64,000 nt of DNA from Paraspadella gotoi (Eukaryota; Animalia; Chaetognatha), in NCBI GenBank assembly GCA_051294375.1, contig CM119269.1:20879665-20943664 (forward strand), in the 5' to 3' direction. Within the stretch, counting starts at the first letter, position 1. Each line of letters begins with the position of its first letter. The translations under genes and the position numbers were made by a program. The notes under the pieces are model-generated. The model ran no database searches and had not been told where the DNA came from. It saw only the letters and a program-made list of their open reading frames with translations. Positions 63,968 to 64,000 of the stretch are shown piece by piece.

Positions 63968-64000
63968 AAATCCCTTTCAAAACCCTATGACAGTCCAATT

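Overview
AT-rich, microsatellite-rich eukaryotic DNA, probably from an invertebrate animal (spliceosomal GT-AG introns, TTAGGG-type repeats). It comes from a noisy, partly redundant assembly with N-gaps, indel-rich duplicates and fold-back joins. The ORF track is mostly low-complexity noise; the real genes appear only when exons are read. (1) + strand, 0.9-15.2 kb: internal exons (TM3, TM4, ECL2-TM5, start of ICL3) of a histamine H3/H4-like aminergic GPCR, partly present twice. (2) - strand, 17.5-55.4 kb: two tandem 7-exon class I-like phosphatidylinositol transfer protein (PITP) genes of about 279 and 278 aa. Their lipid-pocket residues are non-canonical, exon 1 is near-identical between them and exon 2 is strongly diverged. 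The introns are packed with palindromic MITEs, Helentron/DINE-1-like elements and tRNA-derived SINEs. The most unusual feature is a ~2.5 kb palindromic element built from telomere-repeat minisatellite, whose empty insertion site is visible elsewhere in the window. Family calls rest on motif recognition from memory, not on database searches.
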